Virus genome (UHGV): UHGV-0126501
Strand: one strand, 5' to 3'
Source of the DNA: a virus
DNA length: 46,221 bases
The notes beneath the pieces are model-generated. The model ran no database searches, was not told where the DNA came from, and was given only the letters and a program-made list of their open reading frames with translations. Of the stretch, positions 25,381 through 35,440 are shown in pieces. Within the stretch, counting starts at the first letter, position 1; each line of letters opens with the position of its first letter. The position numbers and the translations under genes were made by a program.

Positions 25381-27268
25381 TGCAGCCGGTGCGATAGCAA
25401 CAGGGCTTGTATCTCTCAATATTCCGGTACCACTGACGACAGTTCAGTGGGCTGATCAGCATTATTATCTGCCAAAAGAGTCTTCATATACTCCCGGGCA
25501 ATGGGAAACACTGCCGTTTCAGGTTGCCATCATGAACAGCATGGGGAATGACCGGATCCGCACCGTTAATCTGATTAAATCGGCGCGTGTTGGTTACACC
25601 AAAATGCTGTTGGGGGTGGAGGCTTATTTTATTGAACACAAATCCCGTAACAGCCTGCTTTTTCAGCCGACAGATTCTGCGGCAGAAGATTTTATGAAAT
25701 CCCATGTCGAACCAACGATAAGAGACGTTCCTGTATTACTGGAGCTGGCTCCGTGGTTTGGCAGAAAACATCGGGACAACACGCTTACCCTGAAACGTTT
25801 CTCCTCCGGTGTGGGATTCTGGTGTCTGGGCGGAGCTGCTGCCAAAAACTACCGTGAAAAATCTGTGGATGTGGTCTGCTATGACGAACTCTCCTCGTTT
25901 GAACCGGATGTGGAAAAAGAAGGTTCACCAACTCTGCTTGGCGATAAGCGTATCGAAGGTTCGGTATGGCCTAAATCCATACGCGGCTCAACGCCCAAAA
26001 TTAAAGGTTTTTGCCAGATTGAAAAAGCCGCGAACGAATCTGCACATTTTATGCGGTTTTATGTGTCATGCCCTCATTGTGGTGAAGCCCAGTATCTGAA
26101 GTTTGGCGATGATGCGACAACCTTTGGCCTGAAATGGGAGAAGGGCAAGCCGGAGACGGTGTATTACCTGTGTGAACATAATGGCTGCGTGATCCGTCAG
26201 TCGGAACTTGACCAGACCGACGGGCGGTGGATTTGTGACAATACCGGGATGTGGACGCGTGACGGTCTGACATTTTACAGCGCCGGTGATGAGGAAATCC
26301 CGCCACCGCGCTCAATCTCGTATCACATCTGGACGGCATACAGCCCGTTCACCACCTGGGTACAGATTGTTTATGACTGGCTTGATGCACTGAAGGATCC
26401 GAATGGCGTCAAGACGTTCATTAACACCACGCTGGGGGAGCCTTATGAAGAGGCTGTGGCAGAAAAACTGAGCTTTGAGTTGTTGCTGGAAAAAGTCTGC
26501 CACTATGATGCGCAGGTTCCCCTGCGGGTGGTTTACCTGACCGCAGGGATCGACTCTCAGAAAAACCGTTATGAGATTTATGTCTGGGGCTGGGCTCCTG
26601 GCGAAGAAGCTTTTCTGATTGACAAGCAGATCATCATGGGGAGACCGGAAGATGAGGACACCCTTAAACGCGTTGATGCCGTGATCCGGAAAAAATACCG
26701 TCATGCAGATGGCACTGAAATTTCCATTTCCCGCGTCTGCTGGGATACCGGTGGTATTGACCAGGACATTGTGTATCAGCGATCCAGAAAACACGGCACT
26801 TTTTTTGTGCTCCCCATCAAAGGGGCGTCGGTGTACGGCAAGCCGGTGATCACCATGCCAAAAAAGCGAAACCAGCGTGGGGTGTTTTTGTGTGAGGTGG
26901 GTTCCGATACCGTCAAGGAAATGCTGTATGCGCGTTTTGCCCTGCCGGTGGTATCTGCCAGTGAAGTCGCACCGTATACCTTCCGTTTTCCGGATAACCC
27001 GGACATTTTTTCTGATGTTGAAGCTAAACAACTCGTGGCAGAAGAGCTGGTTGAAAAAGTTGTGAACGGGCGGGTGAAACTCCAGTGGGATGCCAGAAAA
27101 CGGCGTAATGAAGCTCTGGACTGTCTGGTGTATGCCTATGCAGCGCTGCGCATTTCCGTTCAGCGGTGGCAACTGGATCTGGATGCACTGGCCCGCGCCA
27201 GAAGAGATGAACAGGACGACGATGAAATGACTATTGAAGAAATCGCGGCTGCTCTGAGTGGAGGATAA
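25349..27268 (+). CDS. A: Terminase large subunit (lambda gpA-like)
   Basis: 639 aa; long colinear similarity to recalled lambda gpA (YYLPKES...WETLPFQ...KSARVGY[ST]KMLLGV.AYFIEHK...ICWDTGGID...). Confidence 0.95.
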   Translation: MMISDAQKAANAAGAIATGLVSLNIPVPLTTVQWADQHYYLPKESSYTPGQWETLPFQVAIMNSMGNDRIRTVNLIKSARVGYTKMLLGVEAYFIEHKSRNSLLFQPTDSAAEDFMKSHVEPTIRDVPVLLELAPWFGRKHRDNTLTLKRFSSGVGFWCLGGAAAKNYREKSVDVVCYDELSSFEPDVEKEGSPTLLGDKRIEGSVWPKSIRGSTPKIKGFCQIEKAANESAHFMRFYVSCPHCGEAQYLKFGDDATTFGLKWEKGKPETVYYLCEHNGCVIRQSELDQTDGRWICDNTGMWTRDGLTFYSAGDEEIPPPRSISYHIWTAYSPFTTWVQIVYDWLDALKDPNGVKTFINTTLGEPYEEAVAEKLSFELLLEKVCHYDAQVPLRVVYLTAGIDSQKNRYEIYVWGWAPGEEAFLIDKQIIMGRPEDEDTLKRVDAVIRKKYRHADGTEISISRVCWDTGGIDQDIVYQRSRKHGTFFVLPIKGASVYGKPVITMPKKRNQRGVFLCEVGSDTVKEMLYARFALPVVSASEVAPYTFRFPDNPDIFSDVEAKQLVAEELVEKVVNGRVKLQWDARKRRNEALDCLVYAYAALRISVQRWQLDLDALARARRDEQDDDEMTIEEIAAALSGG

Positions 27269-27481
27269 GTGATGATTTATACGCATGAAATGCTATGCGA
27301 TGCCCGCCGGGCGTTACATGAACTGATGATCGGACGTGCTGTGGTTTCCGTCAGCAAGGACGGGCGTCAGGTTCAGTATTCGCGGGCGACAATTGGTGAA
27401 CTGCGTCAATATATTGAAGAGCTGGAAAGTGCGCTGGGTGTATCCGGACGGCGTCGTGGCCCGGCAGGAGTGGGGCTGTGA
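27269..27481 (+). CDS. W: Head-tail joining protein W
   Basis: 70 aa; C-terminal ...RRRGPAG... and overall similarity to recalled lambda gpW. Confidence 0.85.
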   Translation: MMIYTHEMLCDARRALHELMIGRAVVSVSKDGRQVQYSRATIGELRQYIEELESALGVSGRRRGPAGVGL

Positions 27482-29049
27482 ACGGGGAACTGGTGGATAT
27501 TCATGGGCAGCCTTTACGGCAAAGCATGGGATATTCTGGTGGTGGTTCCGGGTTCGGTGGGCAAATGGCAGAATGGCTGCCTGCACCGGAAAGTGCCGAC
27601 GTGGCGCTCTTACCTTCCATTCAGCTGGGTAACGCCCGTGCGGATGATCTGGTCCGTAACAACGGTATTGCCGCAAATGCTGTGGAAATTCATAAAGACC
27701 ATATCGTCGGCCACATGTTTCGCCTGAGCTACCGACCCAACTGGCGCTGGCTGGGGATGTCGGAAGCTGATTCGCATGCCTTTATTGAAGATGTGGAGGC
27801 GGCGTGGATGGAATATTGCGATCCTGTGTTTGGTTCGATGGATGTGGAGGGACGTCGTTCGTTTACCGAATTTATTCGTGAAGGGGTGGGCGTTCATACG
27901 TTTAACGGTGAAATTTTTGTCCAGCCCGTATGGGATACGGAATCCACGTCATTATTCAGAACAAAATTCAAGACCATCAGTCCGAAGCGCGTCAGCACGC
28001 CCGGTTATGGCATCGGCGATCGTTTTATGCGTGCCGGAGTGGAAATCAACCGTTACGGAAAGGCGATGGCTTATCATGTTCAGAACGATGACTGGCCTGG
28101 CTACGGTGTCAGTAACTGGACACGGATTGCGGCGACGCTGCCCTCCGGGCGGCCGGGAATGATCCATGTGTTTCAGCCACAGGAGGACGGACAGACGCGC
28201 GGGGCCAACCAGTTTTATTCCGTGATGGAGCGCCTCAAGATGCTCGACACACTGCAGGCCACGCAACTGCAGTCGGCGGTGGTGCGGGCGATGTATGCCG
28301 CGACGATTGAATCCACACTGGATTCGGAAAAAGCATTTGAATATATCGCCGGGGTGGGAAATGGCGGTAAAAATCCCCTGAACACCATCATGAAAGGCTA
28401 TGCGCGCTATTACGCCACCAATACGGTAAAGATGGGTGGGGTTCGTATTCCGCATCTTTATCCGGGGGATTCACTGAATCTGCAGACAGCACAGAATGCG
28501 GATAATGGTTTCTCTGAACTGGAAAAGGCGCTGTTACGTTACATTGCTGCCGGACTGGGCATGTCCTATGAGCAGCTTTCCCGTGATTATTCACAGGTCA
28601 GTTATTCCAGTGCCAGGGCATCCGCCAATGAGTCGTGGCGGTATTTTATGGGGAAACGAAAATTTGTGGCCAGCCGACTGGCGTCACAGATGTTTGCCTG
28701 CTGGCTGGAGGAAGCCCTTATTCGCGGTGTGATCCGCCCGCCGAAATCCCGTTTCTCATTCTGGGAGGCCCGTTCCGGGTGGTGTCGTGCCGAGTGGATT
28801 GGTGCCGGCCGCATGGCGATTGATGGCCTTAAGGAGGTGCAGGAGGCGGTGATGCGTATTGAAGGTGGCCTGAGTACATACGAGAAGGAGCTGGCCCTGA
28901 TGGGAGATGACTATCAGGAGATTTTCCGCCAGCAACTGCGTGAAAGCCAGGAGCGACAGGCTGCCGGTCTTCCCCGCCCCATCTGGATAAAGGATACGTT
29001 TCAGCAGCAGATCCGACAGACAACGGGAGGAAAAGGCGATGCGTCGTAA
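27478..29049 (+). CDS. B: Portal protein (lambda gpB-like)
   Basis: Colinear similarity to recalled lambda gpB (GGGxGFGGQMAEWLP..., ...RMAIDGLKEVQEAVM.IE.GLSTYEKE...). Confidence 0.95.
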   Translation: MNGELVDIHGQPLRQSMGYSGGGSGFGGQMAEWLPAPESADVALLPSIQLGNARADDLVRNNGIAANAVEIHKDHIVGHMFRLSYRPNWRWLGMSEADSHAFIEDVEAAWMEYCDPVFGSMDVEGRRSFTEFIREGVGVHTFNGEIFVQPVWDTESTSLFRTKFKTISPKRVSTPGYGIGDRFMRAGVEINRYGKAMAYHVQNDDWPGYGVSNWTRIAATLPSGRPGMIHVFQPQEDGQTRGANQFYSVMERLKMLDTLQATQLQSAVVRAMYAATIESTLDSEKAFEYIAGVGNGGKNPLNTIMKGYARYYATNTVKMGGVRIPHLYPGDSLNLQTAQNADNGFSELEKALLRYIAAGLGMSYEQLSRDYSQVSYSSARASANESWRYFMGKRKFVASRLASQMFACWLEEALIRGVIRPPKSRFSFWEARSGWCRAEWIGAGRMAIDGLKEVQEAVMRIEGGLSTYEKELALMGDDYQEIFRQQLRESQERQAAGLPRPIWIKDTFQQQIRQTTGGKGDAS

Positions 29050-30655
29050 TTTATCGCATATTGCCGCCATGGCATTTAATGAGCCGCTTTTACTGGAACC
29101 CGCCTATGCGCGGGTTTTCTTTTGCGCGCTGGGTAAGGAGATAGGGGCCGGCAGCCTTGCTGTTCCTCAGCAGGCTGTTCAGCTTGATGCTGATGGTATG
29201 CAACTGGCTGTGACTGACTATATGGCGGGTGGTCAGCGTCCGGCAAAGAGTTACCAGGTGAAGAATGGCATCGCCATTCTGCCGGTGAGCGGCACGCTGG
29301 TGCATAAACTGGGTACCCTGCGCCCTTACTCCGGCATGACAGGTTATGACGGCCTGACAGCCCGTCTTCAGATGGCGGTGAATGATCCGGATGTGCGCGG
29401 CATTTTGCTGGATATCGACAGCCCGGGCGGTCAGGCTGCCGGGGCGTTTGACTGTGCTGACATGATTTACCGCCTGCGGGAACAGAAGCCCGTGTGGGCG
29501 CTGTGCAATGACATGGCCTGTTCAGCCGCCATGTTGCTGGCGGCAGCCTGTACGCGTCGGCTGGTCACGCAGACGGCAAAAATTGGTTCGATTGGTGTGA
29601 TGATGGCGCACACCAGTTACGAGAAACAACTGGCACAGGAAGGGGTGGACATCACGCTGATTTACTCCGGGCGGCACAAGGTTGACGGCAACAGTATTCA
29701 GGCATTGCCGGCAGGTGTGCGTGCAGATTTTCAGCGCCGTATTGATGAGGCCCGCCGGATGTTTGTCGACAAGGTGGCGCTTTATACGGGGCTGAGTTCA
29801 GAGGCGGTGATGAATACCGAGGCTGCCGTTTATGACGGTCAGGCAGGCATTGATGCAGGTCTGGCTGATCAACTGATTAATGCTGCAGATGCCGTTGAAG
29901 TGATGGTTTCTGCACTGAATGACTCTGTTACGAAGGAGAATGCAATGACTGTTAAAAATCTCACCGTTGCTGAAGCGGTGGCCCAGGAAAATCAGCGCGT
30001 GATGGGGATCCTGAATTGTCAGGAGGCGAAAGGGCGCGAGCAACTGGCGCAAATGCTGGCAGGTCAGCCTGGAATGACGGTTGAGCAGGCGAAAACGTTG
30101 CTTGCAGCTGCGCCGGTTGCCGGTACTGACAGCACGGGTGATCAGATTATGGCGCTGCCGGAAGCAAAGGGGCGTGAGCAACTGGCACAGATGCTGGCAG
30201 GTCAACCTGGGATGACGGTGGAGCAGGCGAAAGCGTTTCTGGCGGCAGCCCCTGCTGCCAGTGCTGCAGGCACAGGCGATCAGATTATGGCGTTGCCGGA
30301 AGCTAAAGGGCGTGAACAACTCGCGCAGGCGCTGGCTGAACAGCCGGGAATGACCGTTGACCAGGCAAAAACGTTACTGGCGGCGGCACCGGTTGCCGGT
30401 TCTGCAAGTGTCGGCGATCAGATTATGGCGCTGCCGGAGGCGAAAGGGCGCAAGCAACTTGCACAGGCACTGGCAGAACAACCGGGAATGACGGTGGCGC
30501 AGGCGAAAACGTTGCTGGCAGCCGCACCGGCGGCATCGCAACCGTCACAGGAAACACTTTTTGATCGCTTTATGGCACAGCATGCTGCCAGTGCGGTTTC
30601 CGGAGGCGGAACTGCCGGACACGGAGAAGAAGATCTGCTGATGAGTATGCCGTAA
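29039..30655 (+). CDS. C: Head maturation protease / scaffold (lambda gpC/Nu3-like, S49/ClpP-type) with C-terminal tandem repeats
   Basis: S49-peptidase-like core (…DIDSPGGQAAGAF…SIGVMMAH…) followed by four repeats of a 46-aa unit. Confidence 0.85.
   Translation: MRRNLSHIAAMAFNEPLLLEPAYARVFFCALGKEIGAGSLAVPQQAVQLDADGMQLAVTDYMAGGQRPAKSYQVKNGIAILPVSGTLVHKLGTLRPYSGMTGYDGLTARLQMAVNDPDVRGILLDIDSPGGQAAGAFDCADMIYRLREQKPVWALCNDMACSAAMLLAAACTRRLVTQTAKIGSIGVMMAHTSYEKQLAQEGVDITLIYSGRHKVDGNSIQALPAGVRADFQRRIDEARRMFVDKVALYTGLSSEAVMNTEAAVYDGQAGIDAGLADQLINAADAVEVMVSALNDSVTKENAMTVKNLTVAEAVAQENQRVMGILNCQEAKGREQLAQMLAGQPGMTVEQAKTLLAAAPVAGTDSTGDQIMALPEAKGREQLAQMLAGQPGMTVEQAKAFLAAAPAASAAGTGDQIMALPEAKGREQLAQALAEQPGMTVDQAKTLLAAAPVAGSASVGDQIMALPEAKGRKQLAQALAEQPGMTVAQAKTLLAAAPAASQPSQETLFDRFMAQHAASAVSGGGTAGHGEEDLLMSMP
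30023..30550 (+). repeat. Intragenic tandem repeat, about four copies of a 138-bp unit in the 3' part of gene C
   Basis: Units start at 30023, 30161, 30299 and 30437 (EAKGREQLAQ.LA.QPGMTV.QAK..LAAAP......GDQIMALP). Confidence 0.85.
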
Positions 30656-30692
30656 GCGTTATCCGTGATTCAGATAAATCAGGAGACTGAAA

Positions 30693-31028
30693 ATGATTAA
30701 AACCACCACAGAAAAGCGCGCGGACAGGCGCATTTTTGCCGGAAGCGATCCGGTGTATACCGCAACAGGTACCAGTGGTATCAGTGTTGCCACGCCTTCA
30801 CTGACGCCACTGATGCTGGATGACGCCAGCGGAAAACTGGTGGCATGGGATGGTCAGAAAGCCGGAACGGCTGTGGGGGTGCTGGTACTGGCGCTGGCCG
30901 GGACCGAGCCCACACTGACGTACTACAAAAGCGGTACGTTTGCCACCGAATCGCTGGTCTGGCCGGATTCGGTGGATGCGGTGAAAAAAGCCAACGCGTT
31001 TGTGGGAAGTGCCATCAGCCACGCCTGA
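30693..31028 (+). CDS. D: Head decoration protein (lambda gpD-like)
   Basis: 111 aa; ...TPLMLD...KLVAWDG...YKSGTF...WP... matches recalled lambda gpD. Confidence 0.9.
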   Translation: MIKTTTEKRADRRIFAGSDPVYTATGTSGISVATPSLTPLMLDDASGKLVAWDGQKAGTAVGVLVLALAGTEPTLTYYKSGTFATESLVWPDSVDAVKKANAFVGSAISHA

Positions 31029-31097
31029 TGGTGAAGTGATTAACTGAAAAAACGGGTCGTGATGCGGCCCGTTTGTGTTTTTAAAGGAAAGTCAATT

Positions 31098-32126
31098 ATG
31101 GGGTTATTTACCACGCGTCAGTTGCTCGGCTACACCGAGCAGAAAGTGAAATTCCGTGCGCTGTTTCTGGAGCTGTTTTTTCGTCGTACGGTCACTTTCC
31201 ATACTCAGGAAGTGATGCTGGATAAAATCACCGGAAAAACACCGGTTGCGGCATATGTGTCTCCGGTTGTGTCAGGTAAGGTACTGCGCAGTCGTGGTGG
31301 TGAAACCCGCGTGTTACGCCCCGGCTATGTTAAACCAAAACACCGGCTGGATTATCAGCAGGCGGTGGAGCGTCTTCCGGGGGAAGATCCGGCCCGTCTT
31401 AATGACCCGGCCTACCGTCGCCTGCGTATTCTGACTGACAACCTGAAACAGGAAGAGCAGGCGATTGTGCAGGTGGAAGAAATGCAGGCGGTCAGCGCTG
31501 TTCTGCAGGGTAAGTACACCATGAGCGGTGAACAGTTTGAGACGGTGGAAGTGGATTTTGGTCGTTCTGCCGCCAATAACATTACGCAGGCAGGGGGACG
31601 CGAATGGTCAAAACAGAATGCTGACACCTTTGATCCGACGCATGATCTGGATGCGTACTGCGATTTTGCTTCCGGTACCATCAATATTGCGATTATGGAC
31701 GGTACTGTCTGGCGTATGCTGAACGGTTTTAAGCTGTTTCGTGAAAAACTGGATACCCGCCGTGGCTCAAAATCTGAACTGGAAACCGCGCTGAAAGATC
31801 TGGGTTCCGTGGTTTCTTTTAAAGGTTATTACGGTGATCTGGCCATCATGGTGGCGAAAACAACGTATGTTGATGAAAACGGGGATGAGCAGCGTTATCT
31901 GCCGGAAGGCACACTGATTCTTGGAAACACTCAGGTGGAGGGTGTCCGTTGTTATGGCGCAATCCAGGATAACCAGGCGCTGAGTGAAGGGATCACCTCT
32001 GCAATTCGTTATCCGAAACACTGGTTAGAGGTGGGGGACCCGGGGTGCGAATATACCATGACGCAGTCTGCGCCGTTGATGGTGTTGCCGGATCCGGACG
32101 CGTTTGTGGTAGTTCAGGTGAAATAA
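31098..32126 (+). CDS. E: Major capsid protein (lambda gpE-like)
   Basis: Start at ATG 31098 (AAAGGA SD); strong similarity to recalled lambda gpE (YVSP.VSG.V.RSRGG...PGYVKPKH..., QVEEMQAVSAVL.GKYTM.GE.F...). Confidence 0.95.
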   Translation: MGLFTTRQLLGYTEQKVKFRALFLELFFRRTVTFHTQEVMLDKITGKTPVAAYVSPVVSGKVLRSRGGETRVLRPGYVKPKHRLDYQQAVERLPGEDPARLNDPAYRRLRILTDNLKQEEQAIVQVEEMQAVSAVLQGKYTMSGEQFETVEVDFGRSAANNITQAGGREWSKQNADTFDPTHDLDAYCDFASGTINIAIMDGTVWRMLNGFKLFREKLDTRRGSKSELETALKDLGSVVSFKGYYGDLAIMVAKTTYVDENGDEQRYLPEGTLILGNTQVEGVRCYGAIQDNQALSEGITSAIRYPKHWLEVGDPGCEYTMTQSAPLMVLPDPDAFVVVQVK

Positions 32127-32128
32127 GG

Positions 32129-32160
32129 TCAGGCGGGATATTCCCGCCTTTTTCTTTATC
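32129..32160 (+). terminator. Terminator-like hairpin after the capsid gene
   Basis: AGGCGGGA-TAT-TCCCGCCT followed by a T-rich run. Confidence 0.6.
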
Positions 32161-32176
32161 GCACAGGAGAGATGTG

Positions 32177-32557
32177 ATGACAAAAGAAGAAATAACAGCG
32201 CGTCTTCAGGAGCTGGCGGCAGTACTCGGGCGCGATGCCGATATTTCAGGCTCTAAAGCTGATCTTGAACAACGTCTGGCGGAGTGGGAAGAAGAATTAA
32301 GTGATGGTTCAGACGGCCTGTATAAGGATGATGAAGAACCACAACAAAAAAACGAAACACGATCCGAACGTGGGGAGAGTGAGAACCGAAATTCTGTGGA
32401 TATGGTCATGGTCAAAGCTGTGGTGATGTTACATGTCAATGCACTCCACGCCACACGGGATAACCCCGTGGCATTTGTACGTCCGGGAGAAGTGTTTCGT
32501 GTATCTGCCGTGGTGGCAGCCAGCATGGCAGAAAGTGGCCTCGTGAAAATGTGTTGA
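32177..32557 (+). CDS. FI: DNA packaging protein FI
   Basis: MTKEEITARLQEL... and C-terminal ...LHVNALHATRDNPVAFVRPGEVFRVSA.VAA.M.E.GL... match recalled lambda FI. Confidence 0.9.
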   Translation: MTKEEITARLQELAAVLGRDADISGSKADLEQRLAEWEEELSDGSDGLYKDDEEPQQKNETRSERGESENRNSVDMVMVKAVVMLHVNALHATRDNPVAFVRPGEVFRVSAVVAASMAESGLVKMC

Positions 32558-32570
32558 ATGTGGGGGAAAG

Positions 32571-32945
32571 GTGGCAGATTTCGATAATCCGTTTGATGCC
32601 GCCGTCGCCATGGCTGACGAGGTCATTCTTTGTCATATGGGGATTACGGCGGTAATTACGTCCGGTCAGCTTGAAGGAAAAACACTCAGGGGTGTTTTTG
32701 ATGATCCTGAAAAAATTTCGTTCGTTGCCGGAGGAGTACGGTTTGAAGATTCTTCACCGTCTTTGTTTGTGAAAACAGCAGATATTACGGGACTGCGCCG
32801 TCTGGATACGCTGGAGGTTGGTGGGGATCTTTTTCGGGTGGATCGCATTACTCCGGACGACGGGGGATGCTGTTATATCCGCCTGCAACGGTGTGACAGT
32901 TCCCGGGGTGATATCAGTACGGGGCGATATTATGAAAGGTCTTGA
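32571..32945 (+). CDS. FII: Head completion protein FII
   Basis: MADFDNPFDAA... and ...RGVFDDPE.IS...GVR.E.SSPSLFV.T... match recalled lambda FII; GTG start. Confidence 0.9.
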   Translation: MADFDNPFDAAVAMADEVILCHMGITAVITSGQLEGKTLRGVFDDPEKISFVAGGVRFEDSSPSLFVKTADITGLRRLDTLEVGGDLFRVDRITPDDGGCCYIRLQRCDSSRGDISTGRYYERS

Positions 32946-33522
32946 AAACGCCATCCGTAATCTGGACATCCTTGATACCCGTATGGTGCCACAGGCCAGC
33001 GCCTGGGCAATAAATCGTGTGGCACAGAAAGCCATTTCTCAGGCTACCCGACAGGTTGCTCGCGATACCGTAGCCGGTGATAACCAGATGAAGGGGATCC
33101 CCCTGAAACTGGTCAGGGGGCGCGTCAGGATGCTGAGTGCCAGCCCTTCCGGAAAAATGTATGCCAGGATCCGCATTAACCGTGGCAACCTTCCCGCCAT
33201 CAAACTGAACACAACGCGACGGCGTGCCGGTGACGGGCTGAGGGTGGGGAAATATTTTTTCCGTGGCGCGTTTATCCGGCAACTGGCGAATGGTCGCTGG
33301 CATGTTCTGAGACGTCTTCCTGAAGCGCGTTTCGCAACAGGGCGCGACCATCAGGGCAGACCGAAAAAAAATCGCCTGCCTGTGGAGGTTGTGAAAATCC
33401 CGCTGGCCGGAGCGCTGACACAGGCATTTGAGGATGCCCGTAAAAGCGTCATTGATAACGAGATGCCGAAACAGCTGGGGTATGCCCTGAAACACCAACT
33501 GAGGTTATATCTGACCCGATGA
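32932..33522 (+). CDS. Z: Tail completion protein Z
   Basis: Start at ATG 32932; ...GAFI.QL.NGRWHV..R...VVKIP.A..LT.AF...LGYAL.HQLR... matches recalled lambda gpZ. Confidence 0.9.
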   Translation: MKGLENAIRNLDILDTRMVPQASAWAINRVAQKAISQATRQVARDTVAGDNQMKGIPLKLVRGRVRMLSASPSGKMYARIRINRGNLPAIKLNTTRRRAGDGLRVGKYFFRGAFIRQLANGRWHVLRRLPEARFATGRDHQGRPKKNRLPVEVVKIPLAGALTQAFEDARKSVIDNEMPKQLGYALKHQLRLYLTR

Positions 33523-33920
33523 ACCGACACACACAAATTCGTCAGGCCGTATTGTCGCGCCTGAAAACGACGTGCGGGGAGAAGACCGTCCTGTTTGACG
33601 GCCTTCCTGCCTTTATTGATGCGCAGGAGCTGCCTGCCGTGGCGGTGTGGCTGAGTGATGCACAGTACACCGGAAAAATGACGGATGAGGATGACTGGCT
33701 GGCAGTTCTGCATGTCGCCGTCTTTATCCGTGCACAGGCACCGGATTCTGATCTGGATACGTGGATGGACAACATTATTTATCCGGCACTGGAGGATATT
33801 CCGGCGCTTTACGGCCTTATCGATACCATGATCCCACGGGGATTTAACTATCAGCGTGATAACGATATGGCAACATGGGCGATGGCGGAAATCACGTATC
33901 AAATCACATATACAAATTAA
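33519..33920 (+). CDS. U: Tail terminator protein U
   Basis: 133 aa; ...FDG.PA.....PAVAV.L..A.YTG...D.D.W...LH..VF..AQ.PDS.LD.WM... matches recalled lambda gpU. Confidence 0.9.
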   Translation: MNRHTQIRQAVLSRLKTTCGEKTVLFDGLPAFIDAQELPAVAVWLSDAQYTGKMTDEDDWLAVLHVAVFIRAQAPDSDLDTWMDNIIYPALEDIPALYGLIDTMIPRGFNYQRDNDMATWAMAEITYQITYTN

Positions 33921-33930
33921 GGGGTGGGAA

Positions 33931-34671
33931 ATGACGACACCGAATCCACTTGAAAAAATGAAAGGGGCGGGGACGACGTTCTGGATGTATACCGGCAAGG
34001 GCGACGCATTTGCGAATCCTTTGTCAGATACGGACTGGCTGCGCCTCGCGATGGTGAAGGATCTGCAGCCGGGGGAAATGACTGCAGATGCGGAAGATGA
34101 CGATTATCTCGATGATGAAAATGCTGACTGGAAAACGACAACTCAGGGGCAAAAATCTGTTGGTGATACATCCGCGACGCTGGCCTGGCGTCCGGGTGAC
34201 AGCGGACAGAAAAAACTGATTCAGTTGTTTGATTCCGGTGAAGTTCGTGCATTCCGCATTAAATACCCTAACGGTACCGTTGATGTGTTCCGCGGCTGGC
34301 TGAGTTCGCTGGGTAAAACCATTACGTCAAAAGATGTGATGACCCGTACGGTTAAAATCAGCGGTGTGGGGCGTCCGTATCTGGCTGAGGAGGGGACTGA
34401 AATTGTGGGGGTGACCGGGCTGACAGTAATGCCGGTTTCCGCCAGTGTCAGAGTGGGGGCAACGACGACGCTGACATTCAGCACAGTACCGGAAGATGCA
34501 TCTGATAAAACGGTGAGTGTGGCGTCATCATCTCCTGATATCGCCACGGTTACGCTGAGTGGCATGGTGGCCACGGTGAAAGGTGTGAAAGCGGGCAGCA
34601 CCTCGATTGTGGGGATGACTGCGGGTGGTGCGCAGGTTGCTGTGGCCGGTATTACCGTTAATGGTGATTAA
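33931..34671 (+). CDS. V: Major tail protein V with C-terminal Ig-like (Big_2) domain
   Basis: Start ATG 33931 (AAGGGGTGGGAA SD); ...KGAGTT.W.Y.G.GD..ANPLSD.DW.RLA.VKDL.PGE.TA... matches recalled lambda gpV. Confidence 0.95.
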   Translation: MTTPNPLEKMKGAGTTFWMYTGKGDAFANPLSDTDWLRLAMVKDLQPGEMTADAEDDDYLDDENADWKTTTQGQKSVGDTSATLAWRPGDSGQKKLIQLFDSGEVRAFRIKYPNGTVDVFRGWLSSLGKTITSKDVMTRTVKISGVGRPYLAEEGTEIVGVTGLTVMPVSASVRVGATTTLTFSTVPEDASDKTVSVASSSPDIATVTLSGMVATVKGVKAGSTSIVGMTAGGAQVAVAGITVNGD

Positions 34672-34687
34672 TCTGGCAGTCTGTTTT

Positions 34688-34714
34688 TTACCCCGGTATG
34701 CCGGGGTTTTTTGT
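34688..34714 (+). terminator. Rho-independent terminator after V
   Basis: CCCCGG-TATG-CCGGGG + T6. Confidence 0.7.
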
Positions 34715-34727
34715 TTACGGAGGGGAC

Positions 34728-35117
34728 ATGTTTCTGAAACAGGACACATTTAACTACGGTAATCAGTCTGTGGTACTGACGGAATTATCCGGACTTCAGC
34801 GGGTGGAGTATCTGGCGTTTGTTCAGAAACGGACAGCTGAGTTTGACGCCCTGGATGATGCCATGCCGGTGGCGGATCGTCAGATTGAATTTCTGCGTAT
34901 GGGGATGGATATCAATGCCTGGCTGGTTTCCCGGTCAATGTGGAATACGGACCCGTCACAGGATGTGGATGCGCTGAATGAGGATGTAAAAAACACCTGG
35001 TCTTATGACGCGCTTGGCGACGGGGGCAGTCTGGTTTTATCCCTGAGTGGTATGCCGGTCTCCACCGGTGATGTTCAGAACGGTGAACAGGTTCCCCTGA
35101 CACCGGAAAAGTCCTGA
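34728..35117 (+). CDS. G: Tail assembly chaperone G
   Basis: MFLKQDTF...VVLTELSGLQRVEYLAF... resembles recalled lambda gpG; immediately precedes a -1-frame ORF (T). Confidence 0.85.
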   Translation: MFLKQDTFNYGNQSVVLTELSGLQRVEYLAFVQKRTAEFDALDDAMPVADRQIEFLRMGMDINAWLVSRSMWNTDPSQDVDALNEDVKNTWSYDALGDGGSLVLSLSGMPVSTGDVQNGEQVPLTPEKS

Positions 35118-35440
35118 CGCGGGAGATGCAGTTTGTGATGCAGCTTGCCCGTGAGTTCCGGCGGGCAGACTGGCGGCGGATGTTATCAGAAATGTCAGCG
35201 TCAGAACTGGGCGAATGGGGGGATTTCTTCCGGAAGCAGAGTTTCGGGGATATCTGGCTGGATGCACAGATTTCCACACTGAAGTCGCTGATGGTTCAGA
35301 TGGTGTCCGGTGAACGTATTCCGGCGGATGATTTCAGTCTGGTTACGGATGACAGGGTGATCCCTGAACGCACGGATGAAGAGCTGATGCATCTGGGGGA
35401 AGGTATATCGGGAGGAATGAGATTTGGACCAGATTGCTGA
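35087..35440 (+). CDS. T: T portion of the tail assembly chaperone G-T fusion (expressed by programmed -1 frameshift)
   Basis: -1 frame open from 35087 and overlapping the G 3' end; candidate slip region CCGGAAAAG (35103-35111); conserved G/GT arrangement before the tape measure gene. Confidence 0.6.
   Translation, partial: TGSPDTGKVLTREMQFVMQLAREFRRADWRRMLSEMSASELGEWGDFFRKQSFGDIWLDAQISTLKSLMVQMVSGERIPADDFSLVTDDRVIPERTDEELMHLGEGISGGMRFGPDC

Noticed and set aside
26312-27286. 324-aa minus-strand ORF
   Set aside because: Antisense to the terminase large subunit gene, which has strong lambda gpA similarity; Cys/His-rich composition typical of shadow ORFs.
29798-30319. 173-aa minus-strand ORF
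   Set aside because: Falls in the tandem-repeat part of gene C; the repeats create a repetitive antisense frame.
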